Assembly: GCA_018668695.1 (NCBI GenBank)
Contig: JABJBS010000383.1
Location: forward strand, 16,753 to 80,752
DNA length: 64,000 bases
DNA from: Deltaproteobacteria bacterium
GTDB lineage: Bacteria; Myxococcota; XYA12-FULL-58-9; JABJBS01
Direction: 5' to 3'
Made by a program: the position numbers and the translations under genes. Below the pieces are notes generated by a model. It worked only from the letters and a program-made list of their open reading frames with translations, did no database searches and was not told where the DNA came from. The stretch's first letter is position 1. Every line of letters starts with the position of its first letter. Below, piece after piece: positions 45,382 through 56,162 of the stretch.

Positions 45382-46473
45382 CTATATTCGTTTTCGCACA
45401 GCCATTCTCGCTCTAACCTCTTCGGCTATCGCAGGGATGGGTAATATTTTTAGAGCTATTCCAGCATTGGCGATGTACCCGGGCATTCCCCAGACTACAG
45501 AGCTTGCTTCGTCTTGAACCAGTACTTCACCACCGGCTTCGTAGATCTTTTGGCTTCCTTTTAATCCGTCTGACCCCATGCCCGTCAGTACGACCGAGAG
45601 GCTGGAGGAGCCATAAACATCTGCTACGGATCTAAATAGTGTATCCACAGCGGGCCGGCAGGAGTTTTCAGGATCACCTTGATGGGTCTGGAGCCTTGGG
45701 CCGCTTGGTGCCTTGGTGACGACCATATGAAAGTTGCCTGGTGCGATCCAAACACAGCCTGGCTCGACGACCGTTCCTGAAACACACTCGAAACAACGGT
45801 GTCCGGTGTTGGCGGTCAGGCGCTCGGCGAGAATACTCGTAAAGATCGGCGGCATGTGTTGAACGATTAAAATCGGTACAGGAAAAGGCCGGGGCAAACA
45901 CTTTAAGAGCTCCGTCAAAGCATTTGGGCCACCCGTAGAAGTACCAATCGCAAGAATTCTTACAGGAAGCGGCTTGGGACGACGCCGGGAAGCATCTACG
46001 GCCTTTGTACCAGGAGGCAGCGGTTTGTAGCGGATGGGTTGCTTCACTAAAGCAGCGGAGCCGGTGCGACGTACAAATATTTTTATTTTCGGGATTAATT
46101 CTTCCCGAATGGTCTCTAGGGCAGAGCGCCCACCGGTACGACTCGATGGTTTGGTGACGTAATCAGTTGCGCCTTTGCTCAGTGCTTCTAGGGTAACCTT
46201 AGCGCCACGCATGGTCTGGGTGCTAAAGGCGATCACCGGAAGCCTTGCCTGGGTCTTACGAATACGCTCAAGCGTTTCGAGACCGTTCATTTCGGGCATA
46301 TCCATGTCCAAAATGACAACGTCAGGCTTTAAGGTGGGTATCTTTTTGAGCGCTATCTTCCCATTAGCGGCGGTGCCGACAACAGTGAGAAGAGGATCAC
46401 TCGATATAATATCGGAAAGCATTCTGCGGACGACAACTGCATCGTCCACAATCAGAACGCGAATAGAGCCCAC
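45382..46473 (-). CDS. cheB: chemotaxis response regulator protein-glutamate methylesterase CheB
   Basis: REC (IRVLIVDDAVVVRRML...DMDMPEMNGLETL) plus methylesterase (AIGTSTGGPNAL; catalytic HMPPIFT). Confidence 0.85.
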   Translation of the reverse strand: MGSIRVLIVDDAVVVRRMLSDIISSDPLLTVVGTAANGKIALKKIPTLKPDVVILDMDMPEMNGLETLERIRKTQARLPVIAFSTQTMRGAKVTLEALSKGATDYVTKPSSRTGGRSALETIREELIPKIKIFVRRTGSAALVKQPIRYKPLPPGTKAVDASRRRPKPLPVRILAIGTSTGGPNALTELLKCLPRPFPVPILIVQHMPPIFTSILAERLTANTGHRCFECVSGTVVEPGCVWIAPGNFHMVVTKAPSGPRLQTHQGDPENSCRPAVDTLFRSVADVYGSSSLSVVLTGMGSDGLKGSQKIYEAGGEVLVQDEASSVVWGMPGYIANAGIALKILPIPAIAEEVRARMAVRKRI

Positions 46474-46476
46474 AGA

Positions 46477-46845
46477 TCAACTCGTTAGCCCAAGAATCTC
46501 CAGCTTTTCAGCGATCATCTCTTTGGTAAACGGCTTCATGAGGTACTCATTGGCGCCGGCCTCTAGGGCTTTTGCCATTTGTGAGATTTCACTCTCCGTC
46601 GTGACCATCATAACATTCAGGTCATTGTACTTGGAATCTGCTCGAATATTACAGAGAAATTCGTACCCGTTCATTTCGGGCATGTTCCAGTCGACGAGTG
46701 CGAGATCGGGAACGCCGATTTCGCCAAGCTTTGTCAATGCTTGTTTGCCATCACCTGCTTCAAATACCTCGAAGCCGAGGTCTTTGAGAATCTTGCCGAT
46801 GATACGGCGAATAGCTTTGGAGTCATCAACTACCAGTGCACGCAT
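46477..46845 (-). CDS. cheY: chemotaxis response regulator CheY
   Basis: MRALVVDDSKAIRRI...DWNMPEMNGYEFL...MVTTESE...EYLMKPF. Single-domain receiver. Confidence 0.8.
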   Translation of the reverse strand: MRALVVDDSKAIRRIIGKILKDLGFEVFEAGDGKQALTKLGEIGVPDLALVDWNMPEMNGYEFLCNIRADSKYNDLNVMMVTTESEISQMAKALEAGANEYLMKPFTKEMIAEKLEILGLTS

Positions 46846-47040
46846 GTAAATTATCCGTCTCGAAAGGTTTTCAGCCCTTAACTGCTTACTTTCATAATCC
46901 TACCGCTCAACGGTATTGGTTTCCCTGATTTGGGTCAATCACCAATGTGACAGCTCCAAATCGCCTTAAGGTCCCCATTTAGATTACTTATAAAAATAAC
47001 TCCAAAGTCACTTCGGAGCAAATATTAGCTATTTTATATT

Positions 47041-47505
47041 CTAAGCTTCCGGTACATATTTCCAAACTTCCACGCGAAACCAGACACCTTCTGACTCCAT
47101 TGTGGCAGCCCCAATGGGCTGACAGTGTGGAATATCCACCGTTAACTCGATTCCTTCTGTGATCGTAGGAAGGCTCAGCAGGCTCTTTGGCGCGAGCTTT
47201 CCTTTGATCAATCCGCCCACTTGGTTGGCCAGTTCGCCAACCGCATCGTGAACATCTTCAGCTTCAACTTCGTCTGTTTCCATTCCGAAAATATGGCCTG
47301 CCGACATTTTAGCCAATCTATTTTCGAAATCTAGCGTTACGCCGCCCTTCCAAGTGCCTTCTAGCAAAATGGAACCAATGGTTGCGCGACCCTGTGGACG
47401 ATCATCGCCTCCACGGTCAGCTTTCAATATCAAACCAAATCCTAGCATCGGGGCCCAAACTTGCTGGGTAATCCGAAAGATCTCTTCAGCTGAAATACTA
47501 TCCAT
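47041..47505 (-). CDS. CheX/CheC-like chemotaxis phosphatase family protein (paralog 2)
   Basis: 154 aa. DAVGELANQVGGLIKG motif. Confidence 0.5.
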   Translation of the reverse strand: MDSISAEEIFRITQQVWAPMLGFGLILKADRGGDDRPQGRATIGSILLEGTWKGGVTLDFENRLAKMSAGHIFGMETDEVEAEDVHDAVGELANQVGGLIKGKLAPKSLLSLPTITEGIELTVDIPHCQPIGAATMESEGVWFRVEVWKYVPEA

Positions 47506-47805
47506 GAGTCTTCACCAAACTTAACTCGTTTGAGTTGAACTCTTGAATATTAATTGCCCAGCTAAATGTAGCTTTGGTTTGAACATGCGAAAACAACTTT
47601 TGCTTCTCCCCCTTGGCAACTTCCGCCAGACATTAGATCGACTATCGCCGATTCGAGTGCCGATCAACGGCCAGCGGAATTTCGTTCTCTACCCCGCTGA
47701 AACAGTCTCTAATTTCCTGCCTCTGAATTAGCTTCGCCTGTTTGCCGATTAAATGCAAATCCCCTGATACCATAGGCTTAAGCGATACCCGGGATGGCGC
47801 TAAAT

Positions 47806-48381
47806 CTAAGGACTATTGGCCACGATCGTGGCTCCTTGATTCACGAGGTATTTCACCAACTCTGTATGCGATCCTGCAATTGCGGTGACCAAAACGGTGA
47901 ATCCACCCTCATCTTGCGCATTGATATTTGCTCCTGAGCCCAGCAATCTTTTTACACTTTTTAGGTCTCCGGATTCAGCGGCCGCCAAAAGAAGTTCGTT
48001 CTGACCGAGTCCTTCACCAAAAAGTCTTTTCGATTCATCATTATTTTTTGGCTTTTCTAAGCCTGTTTCGGCTCCTTGTTTGACCAAAAAATCAACGATC
48101 GCGACATTGTAGTTGGCCATTGCATTCACAAGCACACGAAAACCGTATTCATCAGCAGCGTTTACATCTGCGCCAGCTTCGACGAGTGATTTTACTGCTG
48201 CGATATCGCTAGCAAGAACCGCCTCGATCAGTGGAACCGGCTCTGTAGCCGCAGGGGCCACAGAGGCCACAGAGGCCTTTGGTACGGCTTGTGGTTGAGC
48301 CACGGGTACAGCGGAGCCGGAACAGGCTGTCAGGCTCAGTGACAGTGTCAGCAGAGCTCTCATGATCTTTGAATCAAGCAT
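47806..48381 (-). CDS. ankyrin-repeat lipoprotein
   Basis: Lipobox LSLSLTACSG. Three or four ANK repeats (LIEAVLASDIAAVKSLVEAGADVNAADEYGFRVLVNAM...; LLLAAAESGDLKSVKRLLGSGANINAQDEGGFTVLVTAIAG). Start trimmed to the internal Met. Confidence 0.65.
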   Translation of the reverse strand: MLDSKIMRALLTLSLSLTACSGSAVPVAQPQAVPKASVASVAPAATEPVPLIEAVLASDIAAVKSLVEAGADVNAADEYGFRVLVNAMANYNVAIVDFLVKQGAETGLEKPKNNDESKRLFGEGLGQNELLLAAAESGDLKSVKRLLGSGANINAQDEGGFTVLVTAIAGSHTELVKYLVNQGATIVANSP

Positions 48382-48463
48382 ACTTTCCCCCTTGTAAGAG
48401 CAGCTCAAGCTAGCTCGGCGCCATGGGGGAGTCAAACAATGTGGAGGGGACGGGAATCAGGAA

Positions 48464-49270
48464 TTAGAAGCGGCTGCGAATAGCCCAAAGATCCGGAAAG
48501 AGCGGCGTAAAAAGGGTTTTACGCAGGTATTCTGCACCCGCTGAGCCGCCGGTACCTATTTTGGCGCCGATGGTACGCTCGACCATCTTAACGTGCCGGT
48601 AGCGCCATTCTTGAACACCCTCATCAATGTCGACCATGAGTTCACAAATAAGGGTAATCACCGGAGCATTCTTGTAAACCTCGAGCAAAGCATCCTGGAT
48701 TTTTTCGTCTGGATGAATAGAATCTTCTCTTGGATATGGTTTTTCGGGCATTGGGATCCCGTGCCCTTTATCGCGCAGATACTGCAGAAAAGTCTCGTAT
48801 AAGCTTGGCTTATCCATGCGCTCTTCAATGCGGCGACGCTGCTCAGAGCCCTCTGGATGGGTCTTTAAAAGCGCTGCACTTCTCTTGCCCAGAGCACATT
48901 CAAATTCTCGAAACTGCGCCGATTGAAAGCCGCTGGAGGTCGATAATCGATCTCTAAAAGATTCGAAGCTCATAGGCGTCATCGTTTCAAGGATATCAAT
49001 TTGAGACACCATCGTTTTTAAGATGGTGCGCATTCGCTTCATCGTATGCAGTGCAGTCGGGGTTTCACCTTGGGCGAGTTTGACCGCTAAATAGTCGATC
49101 TCGTGCAACATTTGTTTGAACCAAAGTTCATAAACTTGGTGAATGATGATGAAAAGAAGCTCATCGTGTTCGGGCCCGTCTGAGAGCTCATTTTGAAGTT
49201 TTAGGAGCTCGTTAACCTGAAGGTAACTCGTATAGGTGACTTCCATTTTTTGATTCCTTGATCCGGGCAA
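48464..49270 (-). CDS. kynA: tryptophan 2,3-dioxygenase
   Basis: YTSYLQVNELLKLQ...DELLFIIIHQVYELWFKQMLHEIDY. TDO family signature including the proximal-His region. Confidence 0.8.
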   Translation of the reverse strand: MPGSRNQKMEVTYTSYLQVNELLKLQNELSDGPEHDELLFIIIHQVYELWFKQMLHEIDYLAVKLAQGETPTALHTMKRMRTILKTMVSQIDILETMTPMSFESFRDRLSTSSGFQSAQFREFECALGKRSAALLKTHPEGSEQRRRIEERMDKPSLYETFLQYLRDKGHGIPMPEKPYPREDSIHPDEKIQDALLEVYKNAPVITLICELMVDIDEGVQEWRYRHVKMVERTIGAKIGTGGSAGAEYLRKTLFTPLFPDLWAIRSRF

Positions 49271-51400
49271 TTATTCTGAACACCACTTGCGGATCATGCG
49301 AACCAAAACTTCCTTATTGGCAGGGAGGCTAATGATGTCGCTCATGCCTGCTTTTAAACAAGATTGTGCTTCCACTTTTTGGGTGTCACCGGTCATACCG
49401 ATGACGGGAACATTGCCACTTGTGCGACTTAAGGTCAGCAGGGCATCCAAACTTTTTCCAGCCAGGGAGTCGATAGCTAGCAAAATGAGATCGAAGCTCA
49501 CTTTAGAAATCTCGTTGACCGCCTCGGCCATGGAGCAAGAGGGGACCACTTGAGTGCCGAGTTGGCTTAAAAGCTTTAAACTTTGTGCTTCCGTGGTGGG
49601 ATTGTCATCAATAAGGAGAATTTTTTTATTTTTGAAAAGTTCTTCTCGGGCGCTGTGCCTTGTGATGATCGGATTTTGCCCGCTTTGCGGTTCGGTGCCG
49701 AAAATAGTGCATAGAACGTCACGCATCGCCCCGCGGGGAACTGGTTTCGGCAAATATCCTTCAAATCCGATCGATTGGCAGAGCCTAGCGGAGCCAGGGC
49801 TTGCTTCAGAAGTAAGGACGACCAAGTGAATGCCACGAAAAGAGGGGTGGCTCGTAAACTGCCGCATCGCTTCGGGTGCTTCAAGATCGGGCCGCATCAT
49901 ATCAATCAGAGCCACTTCGGGTTTATTTTCTGTCTTTGATAGGTGCCCGAGTGCCTCTGTTACCGAGCTAAAAGCCAGCGGCTTCATACCCCACTCCTTC
50001 AGAGTGCGGGAGGTAATGGAGAGAGCGACCCGGTTATCGTCGATTAGAATTGCAGTGCGTCCCTCAAGCTCGGTTGAGCGAATCGGTGGATGAGCCCGGT
50101 GGGCTATGGACGCCTTGTCGAGGTTGATTTGGAAACAAAAAGTACTGCCTTCTCCTACCGTGCTGTCCACCCACATTTGGCCGCCCATTTGTTCGACTAA
50201 GTTCTTGGAGATAGCCAGCCCCAAGCCGGTTCCTCCAAACTTTCGGGTGGTTGAACCGTCAGCTTGCCTAAAGGACTCGAAAATAACGGACTGTTGATCT
50301 TCGGCGATTCCAATCCCGGTATCTTCAACCGCAAATTGGATGGCAATGGTCTCGTCGTTTTCTTCTTCGACACAGGTGCGAAGAATAATATGGCCCTCGG
50401 CGGTAAACTTAGCGGCATTGTCCACAAGGTTCATCAGGATTTGACGAACACGGGTCGGATCGCCCGAGACAGTGCTGGGGATGTTTTCAATATCAACGAT
50501 AAATTCTACAGGGCTGTCTTTAAAGCGTCGTTTGATAATGTCACAAACATCAAAGAGCATCAGCTCGAGGTCAAAATCGATATTATCCAGAGCCAAGCTC
50601 TGGCTTTCAACCTTGGAGAGGTCGAGAATCTGGTCGATGATCCCCATGAGGTTATCTGCTGAATGTTTAATAAATTCAACGGACTCCAGATGCTCGGGGC
50701 TGAGGTCTTCATCGTCTACGAGGATATCCACAAAGCCAAGGATGCCGTTCATCGGCGTGCGAATCTCGTGGCTCATATTGGCCAAAAACTCACTTTTGAT
50801 GCGGTTGGCTGCCACCAGCTCATCACGTGCCGCTTGGATCTCACGGGTGCGGCTTTGCACCATGCTCTCGAGCTCCTCACGTTGCATCTCGGCGAAACGG
50901 GCCAAGCTCCATTTGCGGGTGAGTGAAATGGCAAGCTGGCTCACCTCAACATTATCGAACGGTTTTTTAAGAATCAGAAGCCTGTCTGTATGACCGAGGC
51001 GTTCAATGATCTCTCCCCAGGAGTAATCTGCAAAAGCCGTACAGATGACAACTTGAATATTGGGATCGACTTTCCAAAGGTGCTCGATGGTTTTTAAGCC
51101 GTCCCAGCCAGGTGGCATGCGCATGTCTACAAACGCAACGGCAAATGGTTTACCGTTTTCCATGGCTTGCTGGGCCTTTTGAAGCCCTTCGGCTCCTTGG
51201 CTTGCGAAGGTTAATTCAAAGCCTGCTCCCATGGATTGGGCATCGCCGGAATTATCCTCACCAAAGAGGCTCGCTTCGAGATCTTCGAGTTCCCCAGCAT
51301 GGTCCTCGGCGGAGAGAATTTTACGAAAATCCTCATGAATTGCCTCGTTGTCATCAACGACAAGGATTCTGCTGTTATCGTTTTCATCAGCTCTAAGCAT
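49271..51400 (-). CDS. hybrid sensor histidine kinase with three receiver domains (REC-HisKA-HATPase-REC-REC)
   Basis: [14 protein letters not shown] (REC1). [14 protein letters not shown] (H-box). [19 protein letters not shown] (G2-box). [11 protein letters not shown] and [11 protein letters not shown] (REC2/3). The stop abuts the kynA ATG. Confidence 0.8.
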   Translation of the reverse strand: MLRADENDNSRILVVDDNEAIHEDFRKILSAEDHAGELEDLEASLFGEDNSGDAQSMGAGFELTFASQGAEGLQKAQQAMENGKPFAVAFVDMRMPPGWDGLKTIEHLWKVDPNIQVVICTAFADYSWGEIIERLGHTDRLLILKKPFDNVEVSQLAISLTRKWSLARFAEMQREELESMVQSRTREIQAARDELVAANRIKSEFLANMSHEIRTPMNGILGFVDILVDDEDLSPEHLESVEFIKHSADNLMGIIDQILDLSKVESQSLALDNIDFDLELMLFDVCDIIKRRFKDSPVEFIVDIENIPSTVSGDPTRVRQILMNLVDNAAKFTAEGHIILRTCVEEENDETIAIQFAVEDTGIGIAEDQQSVIFESFRQADGSTTRKFGGTGLGLAISKNLVEQMGGQMWVDSTVGEGSTFCFQINLDKASIAHRAHPPIRSTELEGRTAILIDDNRVALSITSRTLKEWGMKPLAFSSVTEALGHLSKTENKPEVALIDMMRPDLEAPEAMRQFTSHPSFRGIHLVVLTSEASPGSARLCQSIGFEGYLPKPVPRGAMRDVLCTIFGTEPQSGQNPIITRHSAREELFKNKKILLIDDNPTTEAQSLKLLSQLGTQVVPSCSMAEAVNEISKVSFDLILLAIDSLAGKSLDALLTLSRTSGNVPVIGMTGDTQKVEAQSCLKAGMSDIISLPANKEVLVRMIRKWCSE

Positions 51401-53270
51401 TGTGGTCACCTGCAAAGACTAATGGCATTTCAAGAATAAAGGTAGCCCCTTTGCCCTCTCCTGCGCTGGATGCCGTTAAAGAGCCCCCCATTTCGGTAGC
51501 CGCGATGGCCCCTGTGTGGAGTCCGAAACCGTGCCCGGTTTTTTTCGTGGTAAATCCGTGGGCGAAAATACGGGTTAAGTTGTCTTCTGAAATCCCGGTT
51601 CCAGTGTCTTCTACTGTCACCTGCACATTCGGACCTTCCACTCGGTGGATAGCAATGAAAAGCTTTTTTGTACTTTCAGGGTTTTCGGTGATTGCTTCGC
51701 ATGCGTTTTTCACCAAATTCACAAGAATTTGGAGCACTTTCTGCTTCTCAAGCATAATTGTAGGGAGGAGCAACTCACCTGTTCTGACGATCTGAACTTG
51801 GCCTCGGTCGATGGCCAATCGGTTAATGTGAACGGCGTCTTCCACAAGCTCTTGGAGTGAGAGTGATTCTGCTACGCCCGCAACTTTTGCGTACGATTGC
51901 TGGAGTCCGACGATATCTTTGATGTGGGCAATGTTTTTGGTCAGTGTTTGCATCTCACCAAGCAAAAGCTCGCGCTCGTCGTCGACCTTGTCCGCCAAGA
52001 GGCCAAGGTAGCGGGGGAGCTGTTTGCCACGTGAGTCGTTTGTTAAGAAGTTGCCGATATCTTCGTCATTCTCTTTGAGCATGTTGGTCACTTTACGCAG
52101 CCCCATGGCTTGAGAGGTGCGGACTTTGTCGGCTACGAGCGTTGCGGAGACGTTGACGCTGTTGAGCACATTTCCAACGTTATGAAGAACTCCGGTGGCC
52201 ACTTCTGCCATACCCGCTTGGCGTGAGGTCTCAAGCAGTTGGGCCTGCATTTCTGTGAGCTGAGCTTGCGCTTTTTTACGTTCCTGGATTTCGTTGGTGA
52301 GGTTATCGTTTGCCTTTTTAAGGGCAATCGCCTGCATCTCAAGGCTTGCGATGTTGCTTTCGATAGCGGCCTGGTGGTTTTTCAAGTTGGCAGCCATCGT
52401 ATTCATGGCTTCACCTAAGGTGTCGTATTCTGATGCGAGCGCGACCTTCACGGAGAGATCACCGGCTGCGATATCTTCGGCAAGACGCACTTTATTATTA
52501 AGGTTATCGGCAAACTCATCCATGGCCCGAGCCATTCGGCCAATTTCATCGTTGGTATCAATGCGCAGTCTTCTCTCGAGACGGCCGCGCCCTAAATCCT
52601 CAAGCATCCGAACGGTTCTCGCGAGCGGTCGTGTGATAAGCCGATTAATTGCCAGCTGCATGATGACACTTGAAGCAGCGATGGCGATCACAAAGGCCAA
52701 GAGGTTCAGCCTTTGACCCTGCTCTGTATCTTTGACGACGGCTTTTAAGCCTTGCTTAAGTTCTTTTGAGAAGACGTCGGCTAGGTTGACGAGCTCTTTG
52801 AGAAGAACTTGTTGTTCTTGCCTCAGATTCCCCATTTGTTTGCCGATGCTGGGATCGTTGAGCGTTCCGGCGGCGCTTGCGGCGTAGACTTCGTTGGCCG
52901 TTCGGGTAAACGCGGCGAGTTTGCGACTGAAGTTATGCACCTCTGCAACATTGTCCATATTCAAGTTTACAAGTTGAGTGAGCTGCTCCAGCGAGTCACG
53001 TACCCGTTCCCCGTACTCTTGAGCGCGCTCGACTTGGCTGGGTTCGCCAAGAACGACGGCATTTTCATAAAGCTTTAACTGGTTTTCAAATGCCGACAAA
53101 GCTTGTTGACTGTAGCGAGTGGCTGGAAAAAGTGTGTCGGTGGTGTCTTCAAGCAAGCGAATATTTTCGATACCCACGACCACGCTCAAAACCATCGAGA
53201 AAAGATACCCGAGAATGATGATGCTGGTGGAAAGTAAAATCTTTCCATTGATCTGTAAGGCTATTCGCAC
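51393..53270 (-). CDS. membrane sensor histidine kinase with HAMP domain
   Basis: N-terminal TM, ~170-aa periplasmic/4HB region, second TM, HAMP ([24 protein letters not shown]). Kinase core ([16 protein letters not shown]; [20 protein letters not shown]). Confidence 0.75.
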   Translation of the reverse strand: MRIALQINGKILLSTSIIILGYLFSMVLSVVVGIENIRLLEDTTDTLFPATRYSQQALSAFENQLKLYENAVVLGEPSQVERAQEYGERVRDSLEQLTQLVNLNMDNVAEVHNFSRKLAAFTRTANEVYAASAAGTLNDPSIGKQMGNLRQEQQVLLKELVNLADVFSKELKQGLKAVVKDTEQGQRLNLLAFVIAIAASSVIMQLAINRLITRPLARTVRMLEDLGRGRLERRLRIDTNDEIGRMARAMDEFADNLNNKVRLAEDIAAGDLSVKVALASEYDTLGEAMNTMAANLKNHQAAIESNIASLEMQAIALKKANDNLTNEIQERKKAQAQLTEMQAQLLETSRQAGMAEVATGVLHNVGNVLNSVNVSATLVADKVRTSQAMGLRKVTNMLKENDEDIGNFLTNDSRGKQLPRYLGLLADKVDDERELLLGEMQTLTKNIAHIKDIVGLQQSYAKVAGVAESLSLQELVEDAVHINRLAIDRGQVQIVRTGELLLPTIMLEKQKVLQILVNLVKNACEAITENPESTKKLFIAIHRVEGPNVQVTVEDTGTGISEDNLTRIFAHGFTTKKTGHGFGLHTGAIAATEMGGSLTASSAGEGKGATFILEMPLVFAGDHNA

Positions 53271-53280
53271 CGAGCTCCCC

Positions 53281-54651
53281 TTAGCTTCCGCTGATGGTCA
53301 TGTCTTGAATTCGAATAGAGGGAGCGCGGGTAGAGCCTTTGACCATGAGATCATTACCGACGCAATCTACGTTTTGCAGCATCTCTAAGAGGTTACCGGC
53401 AATGGTGACTTCTTGAACAGCATGCACAATTTCTCCGTTTTCAACCCATAGACCATTGGCGCCCCGCGAGTACTCTCCGGTAATCGCATTAAGCCCGCGT
53501 CCCAGACCTCGGGTGAGGATGAGGGCTCGAGGTACCGAACTTAGCATTTCTTTGAGCGAGGTTTGCCCGGGCTCAATACAGAAATTATAGGTACCGATTG
53601 ACGGCATGCCGGTAGCTCCTCGCCGGCCATTTGCAGTTGAGCTGACGCCGACCTTACGAGCAGTGTAACTGTCATAGAGAAAAGTTGTCAGTTTTCCGCG
53701 GTCTAAGATGCGTTTCGGGTAAGTGGGTAGCCCCTCGCCATCAAATGGGGTGCTCGCAAGCCCGCGATAAACGTGAGGATCGTCAATCATGGTGATATCC
53801 GGCGAGGCGATTTGCTCACCCAGTTTATCTCCCAAAAATGAGGCCTTTTTGTAGACAAGATCACCATTGATGGCGCCGATAAGGCCACCGAGCAAACCCG
53901 CGGCAATCATTGGTTCAAAAATAACCGCGGCCTTTTGAGTGGCTACCGGTTTAGCTCCAAGCATACGCGCAGCCCGGGCGGCAGCGTTTTGGCCAATGGA
54001 TTCCATACTTTCAAGATCTTCAAGATGCGCCCGCGAATCATACCAAACTTCTGTTTGAAGTTGACCATCGGCTTCTGCAATGGGGTTGCACCACGCGCTG
54101 ATCCCAGTTCCCCGAGTTGTTCGAATGGTGCCGGTTGAGGTTTGCAGCGCAGACCATGATTCGCCAGAGGCAATGCCGCTGTCGCGAAACTTTTGAACCC
54201 TTGAATCGGTATCTCGGGCCGCTTGTTCCAGGGTATGGGCCATCCGAATTTTTTCGTCTGTAGATAAAGCGGCGATTGAAGGATCGTAGGGATCAAATTG
54301 GCTACCAGCATCAAGGGTACCTGACTCGGCGCGAGCAATATCGTTAAATTCGTCTTCCTCAACCTCATGGGCCATGGCAACCGTTCGTTCAACGAGCGCT
54401 TGAAGGCTCGATTTTCTGAAATCGCTGGTGGTGCAAAACCCAAGTTTTTTTCCGACGAAAACACGCAGCCCAACAGCTTTGGCCGTGGCCTGAGTGAGCG
54501 TACCGATTTTTCCGCTTTCGACTTTAACCTCAAAGTCGGTTCCGTAAGAGGCCATGCTGTCGGCCAGATCGACCCCAGCAGTTTTCGCGAGCTTTAAAAG
54601 CTCAGACGTAACTTCCAGAAGGGGCTCATGACTTAACTCGTTTTGTTCCAT
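53281..54651 (-). CDS. pmbA: TldD/PmbA-family metalloprotease (PmbA/TldE-like)
   Basis: TldD/PmbA fold. C-terminal GEYSRGANGLWVENGEIVHAVQEVTIAGNLLEML. Confidence 0.7.
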   Translation of the reverse strand: MEQNELSHEPLLEVTSELLKLAKTAGVDLADSMASYGTDFEVKVESGKIGTLTQATAKAVGLRVFVGKKLGFCTTSDFRKSSLQALVERTVAMAHEVEEDEFNDIARAESGTLDAGSQFDPYDPSIAALSTDEKIRMAHTLEQAARDTDSRVQKFRDSGIASGESWSALQTSTGTIRTTRGTGISAWCNPIAEADGQLQTEVWYDSRAHLEDLESMESIGQNAAARAARMLGAKPVATQKAAVIFEPMIAAGLLGGLIGAINGDLVYKKASFLGDKLGEQIASPDITMIDDPHVYRGLASTPFDGEGLPTYPKRILDRGKLTTFLYDSYTARKVGVSSTANGRRGATGMPSIGTYNFCIEPGQTSLKEMLSSVPRALILTRGLGRGLNAITGEYSRGANGLWVENGEIVHAVQEVTIAGNLLEMLQNVDCVGNDLMVKGSTRAPSIRIQDMTISGS

Positions 54652-54670
54652 TGTGCAGTATCCCCTTTAC

Positions 54671-56092
54671 CTATTGGCTTATGCCGGTGCCGCCAACCGT
54701 GACGTCGTCCATGCGAATGGTTGGCATACCCACGCCCACAGGTACTGTTTGACCATCTTTTCCGCAGCTTCCAATACCAGGATCCAGCTCTGGGTTGTTG
54801 CCCACCATGGATACGTTCTTCATGGCTTCAGGGCCGACGCCGATGAGCGTGGCATTTTTCACTGGCGCTGTGATGCGCCCGTTTTCAATCAGGTAACCTT
54901 CGCGGACTTCAAAGACAAAGTTTCCGTTGGAGATATCGACCTGCCCGCCACCAAAAGATGCGCAGTAGAGGCCATTTTGAACGCTTTGAATAATCTCTTC
55001 GTGAGTATGGGGACCCGGTGCCATGTAGGTATTGGTCATGCGGGGCATGGGTGCGCACTTGTAGTTTTGTCGCCGCCCACTGCCGGTGGATTCAATTCCC
55101 ATAATACTGCCTGAGAGTTTATCGACCATATACCCCTTAAGAATGCCGTTTTCGATAAGTACTTTTTCTTTCGCGACGGTGCCTTCGTCGTCAACGTTGA
55201 GTGAACCGCGCCGATTCATAAGCTCGCCGTTGTCGATGACCGTCACAAGATCTGAGGCGACCTGTTCTCCGAGCTGCCCGGCATAAAGAGATGTCGCTTT
55301 GTGAATAAAGTCTGCTTCAAGTCCGTGACCCACAGCTTCATGCAAGAAAACGCCGCTCCAGCCAGGGCTCAGTACAACGGTTTGAGGACCGGCCGGTGCA
55401 GCTCCCGCCCCTATTTGGGAGATCGCCATACGGGCTGCTTCGGTGGCGACCATCTCGGGATTGAAATCAGTGAAAAAGTCAAAACCCACACGTCCGCCGC
55501 CGCCATGGCTTCCAGTGTGTCGCTCGCCCTTTTCATCAATGACCATCGCCATAAAACTCAGCCGGCACATCGTGCGCCGGTCGTCGACGAGTGTTCCGTC
55601 ACTTGTGGCGATGAGGATATCTTTGGTGCTGTCGGAGAAGCTTCCCATCACCTGGGTGATACGAGGGTCGTACGCGTGGGCCACTTCGTCGCCGCGTTTA
55701 AGTAAGGCGACTTTTTCTGCTGGCGCAATGCTGTCGGGGGCTACGTTGATGGGGTAACGGTTTGGGACAGGACACGCTTTGATTTGAATCGGGCCAGGGC
55801 TTCCGCCTTCTTTGGCAATTGAAGCGGCGACCTCTGCGGTTTTTTTCAAAGCGGCAGGGTCTAGGTCATCGCAGTAGGCGTAACCAACTTCTGTGCCGGC
55901 GATGACTCGAATTCCAACCCCCATGGATACGCTATGGGCCGTGGCTCGAATTTTTTTCTCTTCCAATGAAACGCTGCTGGCAGTGGTTCGTTCCACGTAG
56001 ATATCGGCTGCGCTTGCTCCACGTCCCATGGCGATGCTGAGCAGTTCTTCGAGAAGGGATACCGGAACGGACTGTGTGAGCTGTGTTTGCAT
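54671..56092 (-). CDS. tldD: metalloprotease TldD
   Basis: HEAVGHGLEAD (HExxxH). C-terminal GGGQVDISNGNFVFEVREGYLIENGRITAPV typical of TldD. Confidence 0.8.
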   Translation of the reverse strand: MQTQLTQSVPVSLLEELLSIAMGRGASAADIYVERTTASSVSLEEKKIRATAHSVSMGVGIRVIAGTEVGYAYCDDLDPAALKKTAEVAASIAKEGGSPGPIQIKACPVPNRYPINVAPDSIAPAEKVALLKRGDEVAHAYDPRITQVMGSFSDSTKDILIATSDGTLVDDRRTMCRLSFMAMVIDEKGERHTGSHGGGGRVGFDFFTDFNPEMVATEAARMAISQIGAGAAPAGPQTVVLSPGWSGVFLHEAVGHGLEADFIHKATSLYAGQLGEQVASDLVTVIDNGELMNRRGSLNVDDEGTVAKEKVLIENGILKGYMVDKLSGSIMGIESTGSGRRQNYKCAPMPRMTNTYMAPGPHTHEEIIQSVQNGLYCASFGGGQVDISNGNFVFEVREGYLIENGRITAPVKNATLIGVGPEAMKNVSMVGNNPELDPGIGSCGKDGQTVPVGVGMPTIRMDDVTVGGTGISQ

Positions 56093-56162
56093 AGTTATCT
56101 AGGGATAGCAGCAAAAACAGCGTAGGCAAACACCTGAAAAATCACGAAAAAAAGGGGATTGA

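Noticed and set aside
47543-47731. 62-aa ORF in the 300-nt spacer between the cheX-like gene and the ankyrin gene
   Set aside because: It has no RBS, is leucine-rich and low-complexity, and the spacer more likely carries promoter or terminator elements.
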